DNA of 64,000 bases from a virus, in the IMG/VR virus record IMGVR_UViG_3300042509_002293, positions 32,080-96,079 of that record; one strand, 5' to 3'. This document shows positions 26,655 to 35,475 of this stretch, in pieces. The notes under the pieces were generated by a model. The model saw only the letters and a list, made by a program, of their open reading frames with translations, did no database searches and was not told the DNA's origin. The position numbers and the translations under genes are program-made. Each line of letters opens with the position of its first letter. Positions within the stretch are counted from its first letter, which is position 1.

Positions 26655-26845
26655 GCGACCTGCGCCACGGCGACAAAGTGAAGGTCCTGGTCGACGGCCA
26701 GTGGGTCGAGGCGACGCTCACCCACCCGTCCCTACAGCTTCCCAGGGGCATGGGGGAGGCGTGGCACTTCACGCTCGATCCCGAGTGTCCGGCCGAGCCC
26801 GGCCGAGACTGGGCCCCGGCAAAAGACATCAAAAAGGCCGACTAA
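26651..26845 (+). CDS. Small protein with a possible CTG start (not in ORF track)
   Basis: CTGA overlap with upstream stop, GGAGG 7 nt before; LSDLRHGDKVKVLVDGQWVEATL...KKAD*. Confidence 0.5.
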   Translation: MSDLRHGDKVKVLVDGQWVEATLTHPSLQLPRGMGEAWHFTLDPECPAEPGRDWAPAKDIKKAD

Positions 26846-26906
26846 AGCCCGGGGTTGCAATGCACCGATAACGGTGGTATACTTGGGCCACCCCAGGAGA
26901 AAAGCC

Positions 26907-27866
26907 ATGACCGACCTCACCAAGCTTTCGCCGTCCGAAGTCGACACGATCTACCTGGAGCGGCTTGCGGCCCTCCAGCGGGCATGGAGGGAGGTCGAGT
27001 ACGCCTCCCTCGCCGTCCTGCGTGAGTCTGGCCGAGGCATCACCGTCGAGGTCGCGAACCGCAAGGGCTACCCGGTCCACGAGACCGTCTACGTCCACCC
27101 GTCGTTCGGGCAGACGCTCCAGGCGTGGTATCGGACCTACAAACTCGACGACGTCCGCGTCCACGTCCTGACCGTCGAGCGGTGCCTCGCCGAGGGGCTC
27201 GCCCCCGCCGCCGCCGCAAAGCTGGCCCAGGCCGAGGCCGCCTGCCGCGACGCCCAGGCGGCCTGCCACGAGGTCGAGACGGAGTACGATCGCCGCCCCT
27301 GGAGCCGCTACTGGCTCGTCACGTCAAGCGACGGGCACATCCACCGGTCGACGTGCTGCTCGACCTGCAACAAGGGCCTCAACCGCACCGGGTTCGCCCT
27401 GACGCCGTTTCTGAGCGGCAAGGCCGACTCCGATGCCGTGGCGGACCTGGGCCCGGCCCTGTGCTCGGTCTGCTTCCCTGAGGCCCCTGTCGAGTCGAAG
27501 GAGCAGGCCCGCATCCCGGCCCGGCTCGCCCTGGCCCTCGCCGAGGAGGGCGTCGAGGCCTTCCAGAAGGCCCGCCAGGAGGCCGCCGCCAAGCAGGCCG
27601 CCCGGTGCCCCGGCTCGGGTCAGCAGGGCCTCCCAGGCAGCCACAGGGCCTTCCACAAGTGCCCGGTCTGTGGCGAGTCTCAGCGGGCCACCCCGGGCGG
27701 CAAGTTCCGGCCCCACAAGCCGGCCCGGTTCAACGTCGAGAACGCCGACTACAAGGCCTGGAACGGCTCGGCCTGGGGCCCGAAGACGAAGGCCGCGATC
27801 TACGGGTCGCTCGAAGAGGCCGAGGCGGTGGCGGCCCAGGTCGGCGGCACGGCGAGGAGGAAGTGA
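26907..27866 (+). CDS. Hypothetical Cys/His-rich protein
   Basis: WSRYWLVTSSDGHIHRSTCCSTC, LCSVCFP, CPGSG, CPVCG; own promoter. Confidence 0.75.
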   Translation: MTDLTKLSPSEVDTIYLERLAALQRAWREVEYASLAVLRESGRGITVEVANRKGYPVHETVYVHPSFGQTLQAWYRTYKLDDVRVHVLTVERCLAEGLAPAAAAKLAQAEAACRDAQAACHEVETEYDRRPWSRYWLVTSSDGHIHRSTCCSTCNKGLNRTGFALTPFLSGKADSDAVADLGPALCSVCFPEAPVESKEQARIPARLALALAEEGVEAFQKARQEAAAKQAARCPGSGQQGLPGSHRAFHKCPVCGESQRATPGGKFRPHKPARFNVENADYKAWNGSAWGPKTKAAIYGSLEEAEAVAAQVGGTARRK

Positions 27867-27868
27867 GG

Positions 27869-28066
27869 ATGAACAAAATCACCTGGGATGACTGCCGCAA
27901 GGGCGACGAACTATCGGCCAGCCTGGACGGACGATTCACGATCCGCTTCCGCCTAGCTGCCGATGGCAAGCCTGTCCGGCTGAGGATGAATGGCGAGTAC
28001 ATGGGGTCGTTCAGCACGATCGCGGCGGCCAAGAGACACGCCTCAAGACTGGCGAAGGTGAAGTGA
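27869..28066 (+). CDS. Hypothetical protein
   Basis: 65 aa, FSTIAAAKRHA. Confidence 0.55.
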   Translation: MNKITWDDCRKGDELSASLDGRFTIRFRLAADGKPVRLRMNGEYMGSFSTIAAAKRHASRLAKVK

Positions 28067-28311
28067 TGGAACTCGAAGAACCTCTCGATCCGAAGGAAGC
28101 CGCCGCCGCCATCCGAGGCATCGTGACGAACTGGCGGACCTGCACCCAGGCCGCCGGGCTCGCCAGGAAGGCCGGGAGGGGCCAGGACGCCGTCGAGCCC
28201 CTGGCGACCGCCGTGGCCGCGATCATCGAGGCGGCGGCGTGGCTGTCCCAGGGCGACGGCGAGGACCGGCTCACCCTGGCCCGAGCCGTGGCGGAGAGCC
28301 TTGTGTCATAG
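28066..28311 (+). CDS. Hypothetical protein ending LVS* at a cassette junction
   Basis: Stop lies in GTGTCATAG. Confidence 0.6.
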   Translation: MELEEPLDPKEAAAAIRGIVTNWRTCTQAAGLARKAGRGQDAVEPLATAVAAIIEAAAWLSQGDGEDRLTLARAVAESLVS

Positions 28312-28398
28312 GCCGAAAACGGCCCCCTTGCAATGCACCGACATCGGTGCTATACTTGGGGCAGACGGGACGAGACACCACTAACCAGGAGACGACCA

Positions 28399-29133
28399 GT
28401 GAACACCGCCACCAGCTACACCGCCGCCCAGGGGTTCGCCGCTCTCGCCGCCATCAAGTCGGCCAAGGCCAAGTACGACGCCATCGCTTCGCGAGACGCG
28501 GTCGGCGGGTTCCGCCACTGCCCCGACGCGAAGGTCGCTGCCGAGTACCACTCGGCTGGCCAGAAGCTGTTCGAGGTCGCCGACTACTTCTTCGCGACAC
28601 TCACCGGCTTCAAGACGCTGAACGAGTGCCTCGACGCCCAGGGGCACGGCTACCGCCCGACGTTTCGCGAGGAAGGCGGCAAGGACGCCGAGGTCGTGTT
28701 TCTCGCCGAGGTCTACGACTACCTCGCCGAGACTCGCGGATTGCCGCTTCGGGCCTACCGGCCCGAGCAGGCTGTCCCGGCCAAGCTGACCCTCGCCTCG
28801 ATCAAGGCGAAGCTTCGAGACCTTCGCGAGGAAGCGCACCGCGAGACTCGGTCGATCGACGCTAAGTATTTTCGATCGAGCGGCCACGAGGTTCGCCTCG
28901 GCGGCGGCCCGGACGGCTATTACGAGTACGGCGGCGCCTGGGACGGGACGCTCAAGGACCTGAAGGACCACGCCGAGCGGTGCCGCAGCAAGGGAGGGGA
29001 CACCGTCGACATCGGGGGGCAATGGCTCTGCGGAAACGACCTCAACGACACGTTCGACCCCACCGACTGCGAGTGGTTCGTCAGCCTGACCGTCGACGAG
29101 ATCCTGGGGATCGGCAGGAAGGCCGTGTCATAG
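28399..29133 (+). CDS. Hypothetical cassette protein ending AVS*
   Basis: GTG start within the repeat, AGGAG SD. Confidence 0.75.
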   Translation: MNTATSYTAAQGFAALAAIKSAKAKYDAIASRDAVGGFRHCPDAKVAAEYHSAGQKLFEVADYFFATLTGFKTLNECLDAQGHGYRPTFREEGGKDAEVVFLAEVYDYLAETRGLPLRAYRPEQAVPAKLTLASIKAKLRDLREEAHRETRSIDAKYFRSSGHEVRLGGGPDGYYEYGGAWDGTLKDLKDHAERCRSKGGDTVDIGGQWLCGNDLNDTFDPTDCEWFVSLTVDEILGIGRKAVS

Positions 29134-29208
29134 CCCCTTGCAATGCACCGAGACCGGTGCTATACTTGGGGCAGACGGGACGAGACACCACTAACCAGGA
29201 GACGACCA

Positions 29209-29478
29209 GTGAACGCCACAAACGCCTTCCGCGACCAAGTCAATCAGCGAATCACGCTCGTCGTCCGCATTGCCAAAGACGAAAGCGGCCGCCCGAGGGC
29301 GCACACGTTCAACGAAGCCCGATATGCGATTCTTGAAGGCCAGGACAGAGTCAAGTTTAGCGCTCGCATCCCGATGTTCGGGCTGTCTGAATTCCGGGAG
29401 GTTTCCGCTCGCGTCCACCACGTCGGATTCGACGGCACTGTCTACCTCAAGAATGTTCGCCTGCGAAAGTCCCGCTGA
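29209..29478 (+). CDS. Hypothetical cassette protein
   Basis: GTG start within the repeat. Confidence 0.65.
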   Translation: MNATNAFRDQVNQRITLVVRIAKDESGRPRAHTFNEARYAILEGQDRVKFSARIPMFGLSEFREVSARVHHVGFDGTVYLKNVRLRKSR

Positions 29479-29509
29479 TTGTCCGGACACGCCAACCAGG
29501 AGCCCGCTC

Positions 29510-29812
29510 GTGACCACCTTCAAAACCACCATCCGCTGCGGAGACACGCTCCACGTCCTCGTGGCGGGCACGGCCCAGGAACTGGCCTCCCTGGCTTCCA
29601 GGACGGCCTCGAAGCTCCTGAGGGCCAACGGCGACGCCGTCCAGGCCCAGGACGGCTCGTCGACCTGGATCGTCGACGAGGAGGTCCACCCGGCGGTCTG
29701 GCACCAGGACGGCAACCGGGTCCGGGCGGTCCGGGTCCAGTACCACCGGGACACGGCCGGGAAGGTCTCGAAACAGGCCCTCCGGAACGTGTGGATTTCG
29801 GCCGTGTCATAG
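29510..29812 (+). CDS. Hypothetical cassette protein ending AVS*
   Basis: AGGAG SD, GTG. Confidence 0.65.
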   Translation: MTTFKTTIRCGDTLHVLVAGTAQELASLASRTASKLLRANGDAVQAQDGSSTWIVDEEVHPAVWHQDGNRVRAVRVQYHRDTAGKVSKQALRNVWISAVS

Positions 29813-29888
29813 CCCCCTTGCAATGCACCGAGGTCGGTGCTATACTTGGGGCAGACGGGACGAGAAACCACCAACCGGGAGACGGCCA

Positions 29889-30581
29889 GTGAATATCCAC
29901 TTCGACATCAACGCGACCAGCCAGACCGAGTGGTACGACATCCGGTGCGACAAACTGCCCGGCCAGGAACTTGGCTACATCTACCTCTGCCCCGGCTACG
30001 GCGGCAGCTACTGCTACACCATCAAGACGCAGTCGGCATACAAGCGGCATCGCGGCGCCCTCCGCAGCCGCCTGTTCAAGACCCTCGACGAGGCAAAGCA
30101 GGCCGCGAAAGCCACCGTCGCCCGTCGGCTGAAGCAGGAGCGGGACGCGGAGCCCGTCAAGCACGGCTGCGGCCACTACTACAAGGGCGGCCCGAGGTGG
30201 TACTACGTCTACGTCGGGAGCAAGGGAGAGGCCCTCTGCTACCCGCAGCCGGCGGCCTCGAAGAAGGACGCCCTGGCGAAGCTCCAGACCCTGCCGCTCT
30301 GGGTCAAGCACCCGGTGGACGTCGTCGAAGGCGTAGTCCGCTGGAAGTCGAACGGCAGCGTGCCGCCGGCTGACTGCCGGGAGAAGCTCCGGGCCGAGGG
30401 GGTCCGATTCGACGAGGCCAAGTCTGCGGCCGCCGACAAGGCCGACTTGGAGGCTCTGCTCGCCGAGTGCCGCAGCCGCCCCCGGGACGACAGCCCCGAG
30501 GCCCAGTTCGAGCGACGGGCCGCGTTCGGGCCTGGGCAGACGATCGTCGACGTCCTCGGCGGTCATCGGTACGAGACCTGA
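29889..30581 (+). CDS. Hypothetical cassette protein
   Basis: GTG in the repeat; C-terminal FERRAAFGPGQTIVDVLGG. Confidence 0.7.
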   Translation: MNIHFDINATSQTEWYDIRCDKLPGQELGYIYLCPGYGGSYCYTIKTQSAYKRHRGALRSRLFKTLDEAKQAAKATVARRLKQERDAEPVKHGCGHYYKGGPRWYYVYVGSKGEALCYPQPAASKKDALAKLQTLPLWVKHPVDVVEGVVRWKSNGSVPPADCREKLRAEGVRFDEAKSAAADKADLEALLAECRSRPRDDSPEAQFERRAAFGPGQTIVDVLGGHRYET

Positions 30582-30657
30582 GGAGCCCCCTTGCAATGCA
30601 CCGGCCTCGGTGATATACTGCCCCCAGTCGCCCACCACTCACGAAAGGACCTGACCC

Positions 30658-31521
30658 ATGAGCAACGCCCGCACCGACGTCCATGCCCCGGCCGCCGCTG
30701 GCTTCGACCCCGAGGCTTACGCCTGCTACGGCTGCTTCGACAACGGCGAGCCGTTCTCGGCCCGCGAGCGGCATGAGGCCGTGAAGTCCCTCCGGGATCG
30801 CGGATTCAAGTGCGGCCACGGCTCCAGCGGTCAGTGCGGCCACTGCGGTGCCCATATCCGCTACACCGCCCTGCTCGCCCGCGAGGACGTGAAGGAGTTC
30901 ATCTTCGTCGGCGAGGACTGCCTGGGGAACCGGTTCTCCGGCATCACCGCCGGGCAGTTCCAGGAGCTTCGCCGGCGGGCCGCGCTCAATCGGGAGCGGG
31001 CCGGCAAGGAAGAGCGGATCGAGCGGCTCCAGGCCGAGCACGCCTGCCTCAAGCGGCTCGTCGAGGACGGCAGCCACGGCAGCGAGTTCCTGTCCGACGT
31101 CCGATCCAAGTTCCTCGCGAACGGTCGCCTGAGCGACGCCCAGGTCGCCGCCGTTGGCCGGGCGTTCGAGGGCATCGACCGTCGCGCCAAGTGGGACGCC
31201 GAGCGTCGCGAGCGGGCCGCCGCCCTGGTGGCCGCCGGGGTCCGGGCCCCGCAGGGGCGGGTCGAGGTGGTCGGCCAGATCGTCTCGGCCAAGTCTCAGC
31301 TTAACGCCGTCGGCGAGCCCTGCGTGAAGATCGTGATCCGCACCGACGCCGGCTGGTCGGCCTGGGTCACGCTCCCGTCGGCCCTCGACGACGGCAGCGA
31401 CGTGAAGGGGCGACGGATCAAGCTGTCCGCGACCCTGACGCCGTCGGACAAGGACGCCACGTTCGCGTTCGGGAAGAGGCCGACGAAGGCGGCTTTTCTC
31501 GACGCGGCGGCCACTGCCTGA
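30658..31521 (+). CDS. Zn-finger plus OB-like hypothetical protein
   Basis: CGHCGAHIRY..VGEDC, FLSD..LSDAQVAA, GRVEVVGQIVS..FGKRPTKA. Confidence 0.75.
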   Translation: MSNARTDVHAPAAAGFDPEAYACYGCFDNGEPFSARERHEAVKSLRDRGFKCGHGSSGQCGHCGAHIRYTALLAREDVKEFIFVGEDCLGNRFSGITAGQFQELRRRAALNRERAGKEERIERLQAEHACLKRLVEDGSHGSEFLSDVRSKFLANGRLSDAQVAAVGRAFEGIDRRAKWDAERRERAAALVAAGVRAPQGRVEVVGQIVSAKSQLNAVGEPCVKIVIRTDAGWSAWVTLPSALDDGSDVKGRRIKLSATLTPSDKDATFAFGKRPTKAAFLDAAATA

Positions 31522-31563
31522 TTGTCTGGATACGTCACCCATCAAGAACAGGAGACACGACTC

Positions 31564-31977
31564 ATGCTGATTCGCAATGACCAGGACAAGGCCCAGGCCA
31601 AGCTGCTCGACGCCATCAACTGGAAGGTGGTCGAGGCCCATCGGGCCGAGATCGCAGCCAAGGACAAACTCGCCGAGAAGGTCGCCCTGTGTGCCGCCAG
31701 CGGCGTCCAGGCGGCCGGCGAGGCGGTGAGACTCGCCCGCGTCGCGAAGAACTGGCAGTGGGTCCTCAAGTGTGCGGGCAAGGCCTGTGCGGACGGCAGC
31801 AACGACGTGTCCGGCGCCGTGGCCCAGTGCGTCGCCAGCATCCGCCGGTCGATCGAGTTGGCCGCCGAGACCGGGCCCTCGACGTGCCCGTTCCACAACG
31901 CCGTCGACTTTGCGGAGGCCCGGGGCGACGTCGAGACGCTCCGCCAGATCGAGGCCCTGCCCGGGGCCGTGTCATAG
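31564..31977 (+). CDS. Hypothetical cassette protein ending AVS*
   Basis: AGGAG SD. Confidence 0.65.
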   Translation: MLIRNDQDKAQAKLLDAINWKVVEAHRAEIAAKDKLAEKVALCAASGVQAAGEAVRLARVAKNWQWVLKCAGKACADGSNDVSGAVAQCVASIRRSIELAAETGPSTCPFHNAVDFAEARGDVETLRQIEALPGAVS

Positions 31978-32051
31978 GGACTTGCAAACCACCGGTATCG
32001 GTGGTATAATTGGGCCAGTTCGAGAGACATCACACACGAAAGGGAACGCCA

Positions 32052-32477
32052 GTGTACAACTACCTGAAGCTCCGAAGCTGCTCGAATCTCGCCTGCGAGA
32101 CCTTCCAACTCGTCGAGCCCGCCAGCGAGACCCCGGCGGCGAGACTGTCGCGGGTGCAGTCCATTGCTCGGCAGTGGGGCCTGGGCAATGGCAGCGACGC
32201 CGTCGAGGTCTCCGTCGAGTCCTTCAACGGCGACTGCGTCGTGTCCAGGCACGCCGTGGCGATCGACCGCCCCGAGCCGGCGGCCGTCGAGGTCGACGAA
32301 GACGAGCAGCCCGTCACGATCACCATCACGAAGGCCCAGGCCCGGGTCGTCCTGGCAGGCCTCTCCAGGCGGTACATCGAGCTTGAGGCTCTCGGAGGCT
32401 GGGAGGCCGAGGCCCTCGGCAAGGAGGCCAAGGCCACCTACCAGTCGATCGACAAGCAGGTCTACGGCGACGCCTGA
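32052..32477 (+). CDS. Hypothetical cassette protein
   Basis: GTG after a promoter copy. Confidence 0.65.
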   Translation: MYNYLKLRSCSNLACETFQLVEPASETPAARLSRVQSIARQWGLGNGSDAVEVSVESFNGDCVVSRHAVAIDRPEPAAVEVDEDEQPVTITITKAQARVVLAGLSRRYIELEALGGWEAEALGKEAKATYQSIDKQVYGDA

Positions 32478-32525
32478 GTTTCCGGATGCGATTGCCCCTC
32501 ACCCCCCAATCAGGAGACGACGACG

Positions 32526-33065
32526 ATGCGACACAAGAAGACACGCAGGCCGAGCCAGGCGCAGTTGGCCGTGATCGGCAAGATCAACGCGGAGTGCGAG
32601 CGGCTCGGAGCCAAGGGCTGCGAGCGGCCGGACGGGATCGCGGACGCGACGTGGTGGAAGTGCTACGAACTGGGCTACATCGAGACCGTCGACCGGGACG
32701 GCAACACGCCGCTCGTGGGCGTCGGCTCGCACGGCCGTGGTTGGGTGCCGCAGTGCCCGAAGCCGGTGGCGGCCGTAATCAAGCTGCCGCCCAAGTTCTA
32801 CCAGGACCACTCGGAGCGAGACTTGCCGACACCGGAGGACGTCGGCAATGCCAAGAGTTACGTCCTGGTCCGGGCCGACGACCCCGCCCTGCCTGAGCTT
32901 CTCAACGACGCCGAGTTCTACGCCGATCCCTGGGGGCCCGACGCCGAGTGGCTCGGCGGGCTCAAGGCCTCAGCCAGGGCGACGATCCGGGCCATCCGGG
33001 ACGTCACCGGCTGGGACGACGCAAGTGATACGGTCAAGCGGCTGCGGAAGCCGCAAAAGGCCTGA
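32526..33065 (+). CDS. Hypothetical protein
   Basis: AGGAG SD, 179 aa. Confidence 0.7.
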   Translation: MRHKKTRRPSQAQLAVIGKINAECERLGAKGCERPDGIADATWWKCYELGYIETVDRDGNTPLVGVGSHGRGWVPQCPKPVAAVIKLPPKFYQDHSERDLPTPEDVGNAKSYVLVRADDPALPELLNDAEFYADPWGPDAEWLGGLKASARATIRAIRDVTGWDDASDTVKRLRKPQKA

Positions 33066-33144
33066 TTTCAGACCCCTTGCAAACCACCGGCCTCGGTGCT
33101 ATACTTGGGGGCAGTTCGAGAGACACCAGCAAAGGAGACGACCC

Positions 33145-33762
33145 GTGAGCAACACCAACTACATCCCGACGCCCAAGTCCGTCGAGCTTCACCTCGGCAG
33201 CAACCCCGAGTTCACCAGGAAGTACGGCGCCAAGGTCAAGGCCGCCGGCGGCCGGTACACCGAGTGCCGTGGCCACAGCAACACCCGCTTCGTCGACCTG
33301 CCCTGGACCGACGAGAGCCGCGATCTCGCCAACAAGCTCATCGCGGAATTCGGCCGGCTGAACAACCGGACGGTCGTCGTCCTGCGGCCAGACCGCACCT
33401 TTCGCGGCAAGCACGTCCACGCCCCGGTGGTCGTCCACTACGTCAGCCAGACCGACGCCAACCCGTGCGGCATCGTGCAGGAGAAATACGAGGCAGCGTT
33501 CCTCAAGGCCTTCCCCGAGGCCGCGTTCCCGGAGCCTGAGGTCGTGAAGCCCCCGAAGCCGCTCGCGGCCGACCTGCATCTGAACAGCCCCGCCCAGTTC
33601 TGGGCGGTCCTGGATGCCCTCCAGCAGTACATCGACAACGCCAACGACGCCGAGCACCTGATCGACGACGCCCAGATCGACGAGTTCAAGGCCAAGCTGC
33701 GGGCTGCCGAGCAGTTCCGCGACCAACTCGACGCCGTCCTGGCGTCGCTGGCCGAGGCCTGA
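33145..33762 (+). CDS. Hypothetical cassette protein
   Basis: AAGGAG SD, GTG. Confidence 0.7.
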   Translation: MSNTNYIPTPKSVELHLGSNPEFTRKYGAKVKAAGGRYTECRGHSNTRFVDLPWTDESRDLANKLIAEFGRLNNRTVVVLRPDRTFRGKHVHAPVVVHYVSQTDANPCGIVQEKYEAAFLKAFPEAAFPEPEVVKPPKPLAADLHLNSPAQFWAVLDALQQYIDNANDAEHLIDDAQIDEFKAKLRAAEQFRDQLDAVLASLAEA

Positions 33763-33895
33763 TATTGTCCGGACACGCCAACCCGAGGAAGACACCCTTC
33801 AACCTGACCCCCACAGCCCGCGACATCCTGAAGTACGCCCAAGCAGCCACCCACGTCCAGCGACAGTCGAAACTCGAAGTGAAGGAGACGGCCAA

Positions 33896-34231
33896 GTGAA
33901 CAACCCCGACGAAGTCCGCGACTGGGCATCCATCATGTTTGACCGCATCGACGGCGGCAGCAGCGTGGCCCCGTACCTAGCGGACGTAGCAATCGAATCG
34001 TCGCCGCCGGCCTGGGGGAACGCCGCCGCCTGGGAGGCGCACCTCGCCCGCAGAGACTTGTGGCTCCTGGCTCACGCCAAGTGGAGAGTCGACGAGGAGG
34101 ACGTCGCCGTCGAAGTCTCGCTCCACGGACGCGGCGTCCGCGTCCGTGACTCAAGCGGTGGCCTGGACGTGCTTTGCTTCGATTTCCGTGAGTTCGATCG
34201 AGCCCTCAACGAATTTCTCAGCGGGGAATAG
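33896..34231 (+). CDS. Hypothetical protein
   Basis: AAGGAG SD, GTG. Confidence 0.6.
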   Translation: MNNPDEVRDWASIMFDRIDGGSSVAPYLADVAIESSPPAWGNAAAWEAHLARRDLWLLAHAKWRVDEEDVAVEVSLHGRGVRVRDSSGGLDVLCFDFREFDRALNEFLSGE

Positions 34232-34236
34232 CGACA

Positions 34237-34497
34237 GTGACCACCTACACAACAACACCCGCGAGGTTCTCGCGGGCCGACCAGATCACGCCGGGCAACA
34301 TCGTCCGCCTGGGCGGGGAACTGTGCAAAGTCATCACGCCGAGAATCCTTGAGTGCTGCCGAACCGGTCGATGGTTCGTCGACGCCCAGGCGTTTCGGGG
34401 CGGCCAGGACGCCGAGCCCGTCATGGTCGAGTACGTCGGACCGCAGTGGGACCCGGCGGTTCGAGACTTGGTCGAGTCCTACAGGAGGGGCGAATGA
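34237..34497 (+). CDS. Hypothetical protein
   Basis: 86 aa packed ORF. Confidence 0.6.
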   Translation: MTTYTTTPARFSRADQITPGNIVRLGGELCKVITPRILECCRTGRWFVDAQAFRGGQDAEPVMVEYVGPQWDPAVRDLVESYRRGE

Positions 34498-34622
34498 GCA
34501 CCCAGAAAATCATCCACGCCCTGATCCTGGTCAGGCTTGGGCAGGAGCTAGGGACGGACACCCCCCTGGCCCGAGCCGTGGCCCGGCTCATCGAGGAGGC
34601 CCTAAAACTTGCCGTGTCATAG
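34494..34622 (+). CDS. 42-aa peptide ending AVS*
   Basis: AGGAGG SD, ATGA coupling; possibly truncated by the junction. Confidence 0.5.
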   Translation: MSTQKIIHALILVRLGQELGTDTPLARAVARLIEEALKLAVS

Positions 34623-34697
34623 CCCCCTTGCAAAGCACCGGCCTCGGTGTATAATGGGGCAGTGGAGCAACGAACCACAAACCCGGAGACGAAACCC

Positions 34698-35087
34698 ATG
34701 TCCGCTTTCGTGTGCAGCCAGAACCACATCGCCGCCATCGCCAGCTACGCCGTCGCCAAGAAGGTTTGGCTCGGCAACGCCTCGGCCAAGGACTCCGACT
34801 TCAAGAGCATCTACGAGACGCTGGCTCGGGCCAACGTCGTGAGCGTGTGCCACCGCTACTCCGACGACAAGCCTGAGAACTACCGTGACGTGCTCCGGTC
34901 GCCCAAGCTGTCGAGCGTCCAGCACTCGGCCCTCCAGATCGTCAAGCTGTGCGACTGCCTCGACTACCAGTCGTGCGAGACCGAAGACTGGCGAGACTCG
35001 GACGCCTGCAAGCTTCTGAGCCGGATCCGGGACGCGGCGATCAACGCCCTGCCCGGGTACGACGACGTGAAGTGGGCTATCGCTTGA
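34698..35087 (+). CDS. Hypothetical cassette protein
   Basis: MSAFVCS..HI..N..SV..RY...CLDYQSCE..DW..LPGYD..W. Confidence 0.75.
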   Translation: MSAFVCSQNHIAAIASYAVAKKVWLGNASAKDSDFKSIYETLARANVVSVCHRYSDDKPENYRDVLRSPKLSSVQHSALQIVKLCDCLDYQSCETEDWRDSDACKLLSRIRDAAINALPGYDDVKWAIA

Positions 35088-35137
35088 CAGCGTTGTACGG
35101 ATTCCCTTACCCTCCCGACCCGAAAGGATACCAACCC

Positions 35138-35440
35138 GTGAACCACGCCACGCTCGACTTCGACGCCTTCGCCCGCCGCTACTGCGAGCGGCACGAGAAC
35201 ACCCCCGAGGGGCTCGCCGAGATATTCCGCCGGCAGGTGGAGCTATTCCATCCGGACGGCTGGCTGCTCCTGGAGTGTCAGGTGCTCGACTCCAGCCGCC
35301 TCGGTCACTACGTCATCGTGCCCTACGGCGGGCAGGCAACGCTCAAGGCGATCCCCGACCGCCCGGTGAGCCCCAGGGGACTCGCGAGCGACATGAGTGT
35401 CGTCGTCGCGGTCCTGCCGGCCGACAAGCTGCCTTCGTGA
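35138..35440 (+). CDS. Hypothetical protein
   Basis: AAGGA SD, GTG. Confidence 0.6.
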   Translation: MNHATLDFDAFARRYCERHENTPEGLAEIFRRQVELFHPDGWLLLECQVLDSSRLGHYVIVPYGGQATLKAIPDRPVSPRGLASDMSVVVAVLPADKLPS

Positions 35441-35475
35441 AGTACGGATACGCAACGAACGAATGGAGGTGACCA

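Larger units (their letters stand above)
23782..34697 (+). repeat. Eleven dispersed direct repeats: promoter/operator cassette heads (TTGCAA..CACCG-N4-CGGTG..TATAC/AT)
   Basis: -35 starts at 23806, 24986, 25865 (TAGACA variant), 26855, 28328, 29138, 29818, 30591, 31982, 33077, 34628; copies at 28328, 29138 and 29818 are near-identical through SD and GTG start. Confidence 0.9.

Noticed and set aside
23806-34655. Repeat array as a CRISPR array or classical integron
   Set aside because: Intervening segments are 0.7-1.5 kb genes, repeats are promoter-shaped, no cas genes are present, and I see no attC-like GTTRRRY bottom-strand hairpins
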